The position numbers and the translations under genes are program-made. The notes beneath the pieces are model-generated. The model did no database searches. It was not told where the DNA came from and saw only the letters and a list, made by a program, of their open reading frames with translations. Source: Eledone cirrhosa (taxonomy: Eukaryota). Taken from it: 64,000 nucleotides of DNA. How positions within the stretch are numbered: position 1 is the stretch's first letter; each line of letters opens with the position of its first letter. The stretch lies in NCBI GenBank assembly GCA_964016885.1, contig OZ024762.1, positions 14,012,001 to 14,076,000 on the forward strand, given 5' to 3'. Positions 55,360-64,000 of this stretch are shown in pieces.

Positions 55360-57489
55360 ATGTTTGTGTATGTTCGTGTGTGTGTGTATGTTTGTGTCCA
55401 TGTGTGTGTGTTTGTGTGTCCATGTGTGTGTGTTTGTGTCCGTGTGTATGTTTGTGTGTCCATGTGTGTCTGTATTTGTGTCCGTGTGCATGTTCGTGTG
55501 TGTGTGTGTGTGTCTGTATGTTTGTGTATGGGTTTTGCGTGTAAACAAATTTTAAGAATGTTAAAAAAAAGTTAGTTATAAAATTAAAACAAACAAGGTT
55601 CCTTCAATAATAATAATAATAATAATAATAACATTTTTTAATATTAATATTTTTCCTTTCAGTTAGATTTAATGGAAATATAAATATTAATAAGGTTTAT
55701 ATGTAGATGATGATAATGATGCTGATGATGATAAGATGGTGTTTATAATAGTAGTTTTCCATTGGGCACTTTTAGGCAGGTCATAACATGTGGAACCTTA
55801 ATGAGGCAAAATGGCGCATGTTTGTATACACGTATGTATGTATATATGTATGTATACATGTTTGTATACACGTATGTATGTATGTATGTATGTATGTATG
55901 TATGTATGTATGTATACATGTATGCATACATACATGTATGAATGTGTGTATGTATGTATATGTAGGTATCTCTTTCTTTTAATTTCGAATACTTTTTTGA
56001 CTGGCCAACTTCCTGGTGGCAAGATCGTAAAAGAAAAGAAATTGTATGTATGTATGTATGGAGGGTGGTATGTGTGTATGCATGTATATTTGGAGGAATG
56101 TATGTATATATGTATATATGTATGTCTGCATCGGGGAATTTATTTTGTTATATTTATGCATAGTTTATTTTATATTTTTATATTTTCATTGTTAAATTAG
56201 TCTTGCCATTGTTCACTTTTACTCGACCTTATTGTAAACCCCCACTGTCCCTGTCTTTGTATTGTCCCCTACATGTCGGCCCTTGTGGCGAATAAATGAA
56301 ATCATTATTATTATTATTATTAATGTCAGTCATCACCTGACTAACGTTGCAAGTACCGATTTTTCGTCTAGACATGTTACATGGTTTGCAGTAGAATGTT
56401 GCATGTATATATACAGTGTATATATACAGTATATATATACAGTATATATATATATATATGTGAAGGCGTGTGGCTGAGTGGTTAGAGAGTTGGATTCGCA
56501 ATCGTAAGGTTGTGAGTTCGATTCCTGGACCAGGCGATGCGTTATGTCTTTGAGCAAGAGACTTTATTTCACGTTGCTCCTTCTACCGGGAGTTGCGACC
56601 GATAGATAGTATTAGCAATTGGAAAGACCAACGGAAACATTGTTCCCTCGGTCCGATTTGACGAAGGTCGATCGTTCCTAGATATATATATATGTAGCAT
56701 TTCTGTGGGTAGGAGCTAGAGGAATGAATGTATACATGTATTGGTTACAGTGCTGTGTATATAGTATGTTTGTAGGTGGGATGTGCGAGGTGTAGAGGTT
56801 TCATATCTTAGTGTAGTTTGTAGTAGATATATATTGCATGGTTCTCGTGTAGAATGTTGTATATAGCCGCTATATAAAATTCTACACCAAAAGCATGTCA
56901 TACCTTTATAAGCACACCTGCGACCCGTATAAAGGTTTTTACAGCGCGAGCCTGTTTTATCTTCGTAATATAATATAATTGTTTCTACTTTAGGCACAAG
57001 GCCATCAATTACCCCAGTGTATTACTGGTACTTTATTTTATCGACCCCGTAAGGATGAAAGGCAAAGTTAACCTCGGCGGGATTTGAACTCAGACTGTAA
57101 AGGGACCTAACTCTATGCTGCAAAGCATGGCGTCCGACCCTCTACCGATACTGCCAATCCACCGTCACTTCATTATATCTTCGTAATATAATATAATATA
57201 ATATAATATAATGAAAAAAAATTAGTTGTAATATGCGGCATTAGTTCGGATCTAGCTGTCGAAAACGGTCGGAGCTCAGCCGTCGGGGTCCTGAATCTTT
57301 TCATATTACCCACTCTACTACCCCGAGTATCGAGTACTCTGGTGGGTTATGGACCACCTGGTATTTTTTCACACGCTTTCTGTGACACACACGTGTTTGT
57401 ATATGTATGTATATATATATATATATATAGTTCCCGTGTAAAGGATGGGTTTCAGTGTGTATGATACTGAGAGTGTATATATATATTCC

Positions 57490-57544
57490 TGAGATTCCTG
57501 ATGATTTCTAAAGAATGAAACAGTTCTAGTCCTGTAGAATCTCA
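57490..57544 (+). ncRNA. Compact type I hammerhead ribozyme
   Basis: TGAGATTC-CTGATGA-tTTC(TAAA)GAAt-GAAA-CAG(TTCTAGTC)CTG-TA-GAATCTCA: perfect 8-bp stem I, GUA site, inside a short (TA)n-bounded insert. Confidence 0.85.
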
Positions 57545-58283
57545 TCTATATTAAAACTATATATATATATATAATATATATATGTATAGAGAGAGAGAGA
57601 TATTATAGCATGTCTGTGTAAGGGGTGGGTAGGAGGGCAGAGAGTGTGTTTAAGACTGAGAATGACGTGCAGACAGTGATAAAGTTATATATATTGTGAT
57701 GTCTATATTTGTGTATGACTGTGACAGTCTGATAATAATTGTGATAGACTGTGAACATGTGTGTGTTTAAGCGTGTGTGAGTGTGTGTGAGAGTGTGAGT
57801 GTGTGTGTGTGTGTGTGGTTAGGGGAAGCAGGGGTCGAGTCTGAAGAAAGGGGGTGAGAGTGTGAAGAAGGGGAAGAGAGCGGTGAGAATGAAATGGTAT
57901 ATAAATGTTGATGTCTTTATCCATAACTTTGTATATGAACGTGTTGTTGTTGTAGTTGTTCGTGTGTGTGTGTGTGTGAGATTGTGCCTGTGTTTGTATG
58001 TGATGTACTTGTGTGTGTATGTGGTGTAGTGGAGAGAGTGAGTGCCTCACTACAAGGATGTGTAAGACTAAGTATGTATTTAAATGTTTGTGTGTGTGTG
58101 TATATATATATATATACACAAACACACACACATACATATATATAAACACGCATACACACACAGGCATATATACGTATATAAGTGTGTGTGTGTAATGTGT
58201 CTGTGTCTAGATATTTATATGCTTGTAGAGATGTACGTATGCGTTTGTGTGTGTGTATATATATATATGTGTATATGTGTATT

Positions 58284-58327
<44 letters not shown>

Positions 58328-58346
58328 GTAGAAATGTTTGTGTATT

Positions 58347-58379
<33 letters not shown>

Positions 58380-58854
58380 ATAGATATTTATTTGTTTCTA
58401 GAGATGTACATGTGTGTGTGTGTATGCGAAAATGTGCGTGTGTAAATGTCTGCATGTGTGTGTAGCTGTATGTCTATCTGTGTGTATAAACGGTTCTGTG
58501 TATGTGGTGTGTGTGTGTGTAACTGTATGTCAGTGTGTGTGTAACTGTATGTCTATCTGTGTGTATAAACGGTTGTGTGTATGTCAGTGTGTGTGTAACT
58601 GTATGTCTATCTGTGTGTCAGTGTGTGTATAAACGGTTGTGTGTATGTGGTGTGTGTGTAACTGTATGTCTATCTGTGTGTCAGTGTGTGTATAAACGGT
58701 TGTGTGTATGTGGTGTGTGTGTGTGTGTGTAACTATGTCAGTGTGTGTGTAACAGTATGTCGGTGTGTCTTAGAGGTGAAGCATCAAAAAGGCTCTCGGT
58801 ACAGATAATTATATTTCCATTCAATGTTTAAATGCATGATGTCTTAATTGCTGT

Positions 58855-58895
<41 letters not shown>

Positions 58896-58906
58896 TTCTC
58901 CCTCTC

Positions 58907-58971
<65 letters not shown>

Positions 58972-59321
58972 TAGGTGTGTTCATGTATGTACACATATTT
59001 ACATACACACACATATAGGTGTGTATATATGAACATACTAATATATATATATATATATACCCAAACACACATATGTGTGTATATACATACATACACACAC
59101 ATATATATATATATATATATAGACACACGTACACACAGACATATACATATATATACACACACATAAGTGTACATACATATATATATTTATATACACACAG
59201 AGACGTACACACACACACACACGTACACACACGTACACACACACACAGATACACACACGTACACACACACACAGATACACACACACACACAGATATACAC
59301 ACACACACACACACAGATATA

Positions 59322-59355
<34 letters not shown>

Positions 59356-59430
59356 CACACACATAAGTGTACATACATATATATATTTATATACACACAG
59401 AGACGTACACACGTACACATACACACACAG

Positions 59431-59543
<113 letters not shown>

Positions 59544-59749
59544 GAGATATACAGGCGAGATAAATTAACGTTAAGCTGGTGTGAAAATTATTGCTAGTTT
59601 GGCTTCTGTCTTTGCCGAGGATGTAAACGATAGGAGAGTTTTACAATTGTTGTTGGGGTTATAGGGGAAGGGGGGGGGGGGTAGGTCTCCTGGTGGCGGT
59701 GGTGGTGTATGGTGGGTCGCAGTGGTGGTTGTATGTGGTGTGTCGCAGT

Positions 59750-60320
59750 TGTGGTGGTGGTGGTGTTGTTAATGACAGCCGTTTTGTATTGGCCGGTTCC
59801 AATACTGGTGGTGGTTGTGGTGGTAATGCAGACAGTGGTGGTGGTGGTGGTTGTATTGGTAACGGCAGTGGTGGTGGTGGTGGTGGTGGTTGTATTAGTA
59901 ACGGCAGTGGCGGTGGTGGTGGTGGTAACGCTGTCAGTGGTGGTGGTGGTGGTTGTATTGGTAACGGCAGTGGTGGTGGTAGTGGTGGTTGTATTGGTAA
60001 CGGCAGTGGTGGTGGTGGTGGTAACGCTGTCAGTGGTGGTGGTGGTGGTGGTAACGCTGTCAGTGGTGGTGGTGGTGGTGGTGGTGGTAACGCTGTCAGT
60101 GGTGGTGGTGGTGGTAACGCTGTCAGTGGTGGTGGTGGTGGTGGTAACGCTGACATTGGTGGTGGTAACGCTGTCAGTGGTGGTGGTGGTGGTTGTATTG
60201 GTAACGCTGACAGTGGTGGTGGTGGTGGTAACGCTGACAGTGGTGGTGGTGGTGGTGGTAACGCTGTCAGTGGTGGTGGTGGTGGTGGTGGTAACGCTGT
60301 CAGTGGTGGTGGTGGTGACG
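59750..60320. repeat. (GGT)n-AACGCTGTCAGT minisatellite
   Basis: Recurring ggtggtggtaacgctgtcagt units. Confidence 0.9.
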
Positions 60321-60461
60321 GTCTATATAGGCAGTAAAGTAACTTTCTGGTCGTGAGGACGAAATAAAACTTTCAAAGTGGAAGGGCGGCGAGGTTGATG
60401 AGTTGAAGGATGGACTTAGGTATAACAAAAAGGTAGAAGACGAACGATAGAGAGAGAGAGA

Positions 60462-60524
<63 letters not shown>

Positions 60525-60720
60525 GCAGTAAGGACGGTATTCAATTCAGTGTACGGTAGAGTGTAGATATCATTATAAGAACCTATTGTCCGACGGCTCA
60601 GCCAGTATCCTTTCGAAATTGATACGGATTAAGCTTAGCCATCAGGCAAAGAATCCCTATAATGTGTATGTGTTCGCACCCCTCCCCCACCCCACCCCCT
60701 CTCTCTCCCCCTCCCCCTAT

Positions 60721-61933
60721 CTTATATATAGTGTATAATATATATATATATAGAATATATATTGTATATATAGTGTATATATGGTATGTTGTAAGGGCAT
60801 TGGTGCCTAGTTGTATCGGCCATTGCCTTTCTCTTGGACAACATCTTATATATAGTGTATAATATATATAGAATATATATTGTATATATAGTGTATATAT
60901 GGTATGTTGTAAGGGCATTGGTGCCTAGTTGTATCGGCCATTGCCTTTCCCTTGGACAATATCTTATATATAGTGTATAATATATATAGAATATATATTG
61001 TATATATAGTGTATATATGGTATGTTGTAAGGGCATTGGTGCCTAGTTGTATCGGCCATTGCCTTTCCCTTGGACAATATCTTATATATAGTGTATAATA
61101 TATATAGAATATATATTGTATATATAGTGTATATATGGTATGTTGTAAGGGCATTGGTGCCTAGTTGTATCGGCCATTGCCTTTCCCTTGGACAATATCT
61201 TATATATAGTGTATAATATATATAGAATATATATTGTATATATAGTGTATATATGGTATGTTGTAAGGGCATTGGTGCCTAGTTGTATCGGCCATTGCCT
61301 TTCCCTTGGACAATATCTTATATATAGTGTATAATATATATATATATAGAATATATATTGTATATATAGTGTATATATGGTATGTTGTAAGGGCATTGGT
61401 GCCTAGTTGTATCGGCCATTGCCTTTCCCTTGGACAATATCTTATATATAGTGTATAATATATATATATATAGAATATATATTGTATATATAGTGTATAT
61501 ATGGTATGTTGTAAGGGCATTGGTGCCTAGTTGTATCGGCCATTGCCTTTCCCTTGGACAATATCTTATATATAGTGTATAATATATATATATATAGAAT
61601 ATATATTGTATATATAGTGTATATATGGTATGTTGTAAGGGCATTGGTGCCTAGTTGTATCGGCCATTGCCTTTCCCTTGGACAATATCTTATATATAGT
61701 GTATAATATATATATATATAGAATATATATTGTATATATAGTGTATATATGGTATGTTGTAAGGGCATTGGTGCCTAGTTGTATCGGCCATTGCCTTTCT
61801 CTTGGACAATATCTTATATATAGTGTATAATATATATATATATAGAATATATATTGTATATATAGTGTATATATGGTATGTTGTAAGGGCATTGGTGCCT
61901 AGTTGTATCGGCCATTGCCTTTCCCTTGGACAA
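60721..61933. repeat. 118/124-bp tandem array, 10 near-identical copies
   Basis: Unit starts at 60721, 60845, 60963, 61081, 61199, 61317, 61441, 61565, 61689 and 61813. Units differ mainly in an internal (TA)n. Confidence 0.95.
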
Positions 61934-62092
61934 GATTGGTGGTGTAGAGAGGTGAGACTGTTATGTAGGGGTGACTGCTGGTCTTCCACAAACATAACCT
62001 GCTCGGACTTGTGCCTGGGAGGGCAACTTTCTAGGTTCGAATCTCATGGTCATTCGTGACTGAAGGAGGTCTTTATCTTTGCTACACACTAG

Positions 62093-62242
62093 AATCGATC
62101 GCCCCTGGTCTAATCTAATCGATCGCCCCTGGTCTAATCTAATCGATCGCCCCTGGTCTAATCTAATCGATCGCCCCTGGTCTAATCTAATCGATCGCCC
62201 CTGGTCTAATCTAATCGATCGCCCCTGGTCTAATCTAATCGA
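62093..62242. repeat. 24-bp perfect tandem repeat, 6 copies
   Basis: Unit aatcgatcgcccctggtctaatct. Confidence 0.95.
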
Positions 62243-63599
62243 TTACTAAATCGAAGCTGTTGGCTAAGTAGCCATATAGAGTGTGACATGGTTTCAAGGA
62301 GTCGAACTCCTGAACCGAGCAGCCATATTGACAGTTTTAGTTGTCCTGCTGGTGGTAGTGGCGGCGGTGGTGTGTTTAGCAGGGGGTGGGGAAGTGGTGG
62401 TGGTCCGGTATGGGAGAGTCAAAGGTGGTGATGAGGGAAGAGGTGTTTCAGTGGTGTGTATAGTTGAGGGAAAGATGAAGGGGGTTGATGGGAAACTAGT
62501 GGCAGTGGCGAAGGTGGTGACGGAGTGGTGGCGGCGGGGAGGTGAAGCTGGTGACGGAGTGACGGCGGGCGAGAGGTGAAGCTGGTGACGGCGGGGGGAG
62601 AGGTGAAGCTGGTGACGGCGTGACGGCGGGTGAGAGGTGAAGCTGGTGACGGCGGGGGGAGAGGTGAAGCTGGTGACGGCGTGACGGCGGGGGGGGGGGG
62701 GGTTGAAGCTGGTGACGGCGTGACGGCGGGGAGAGAGGTGAAGCTGGTGAATGGGAAACTCGTGTTTGAGTGAGGAGAGGGAAGAGGTGGGGAGGTAAAG
62801 GAGAGGCGAAGGAGGTGACGGGGACGTCAGAGGAGGGGGGGAGAAGGAAGAGACAGGGGGTATGGGAGAGAACCGAAGTTGGTGCTGCGGACATGGTGGG
62901 GGTGTAGGGTCTGAGTGGGGAGAAGGTAGAGGCGATGTAAAACGAGAGAAATATAATTCTCATTAAAATGTTTCCTGTGATTTAATCTTGAAATTACATT
63001 ATACTTTTATTGTTATTGAAGTATTAGTAGTAGTAGCTGTAGTGGTAGTAATATTTGTAGTAGTAGTAGTAGTAGTAGTAGTAGCAGCTGTAGTGTTAGT
63101 AATAAGTAGATGTTGTTGCCGTTTACGTAGTTGTTTAAGATGTTTATAGTTGTAGTTGTTGTTTGTATATATATATATATGTATATATATAAGAATATAT
63201 GTATGTATATATATAAGAATATATGTATGTATGTATGTATATAAGAATATATGTATGTATATATATAAGAATATATGTATATATATATATAATAATATAT
63301 GTATATATATAAGAATATATGTATATATCTAAGAATATATGTATATATATAATAATATATGTATATATATAATAATATATGTATATATATAAGAATATAT
63401 GTATATATATAAGAATATATAAGAATACATATATATATTCTTATATATATACATATATGTATATATATATAAGAATGTATGTATGTATATAATAATATAT
63501 GTATGTATGATTTCGTAGCTGTTCTTGTAATCGTTGTTGTGGCTGTTATATACATCCCCAGTTCGGCAACGTAACCCTCCCGACGCTCTGCATATATAT

Positions 63600-63650
<51 letters not shown>

Positions 63651-63680
63651 CATATATTTATATATATTTATATATATATA

Positions 63681-63727
<47 letters not shown>

Positions 63728-63756
63728 ATATTTATATATATTTATATACATATATT

Positions 63757-63888
<132 letters not shown>

Positions 63889-63916
63889 TATATACATATA
63901 TTTATATATATATATT

Positions 63917-63950
<34 letters not shown>

Positions 63951-64000
63951 TATATATATATTTATATACATATATTTATATATATATATTTATATACATA

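Noticed and set aside
59659-60356. Gly-rich and Pro-rich (formin-like) ORFs
   Set aside because: (GGT)n minisatellite, open in several frames, with no supported splice sites.
60598-61995. Repeated ~105-aa ORFs
   Set aside because: Artefact of the 118/124-bp tandem array.

Overview
AT-rich, microsatellite-saturated animal genomic DNA. The tRNA-derived SINEs, RTE LINE fragments and (TA)n/(CA)n density suggest an octopod cephalopod (inference). The only host protein-coding sequence I can support is the last three exons of a minus-strand fasciclin (FAS1) domain gene (44586-44421, 41953-41839, 34228-33792), which splice in frame and end in a GPI-anchor-like tail. Nearly all other listed ORFs are microsatellite artefacts. 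The most interesting signal is non-coding: about a dozen type I hammerhead ribozyme (HHR) motifs with an intact CUGAnGA...GAAA...UH core, plus several decayed ones, read by eye. They sit in small ORF-less elements, mostly flanked by (TA)n, with Penelope-like (PLE)/retrozyme architecture. These include a near-identical 467-bp tandem dimer with one HHR per unit, ~180-bp fold-back elements with covarying HHR stems, a short family that folds back inside a ribozyme stem, and a fold-back element carrying SINE passengers. Also present are RTE, R4/Dong-like and CRE-like LINE remnants, MITEs, several minisatellites and a candidate CpG promoter with a spliced non-coding transcript near 10-11.5 kb. No folding, alignment or database search was run, so coordinates may be off by a few bases.
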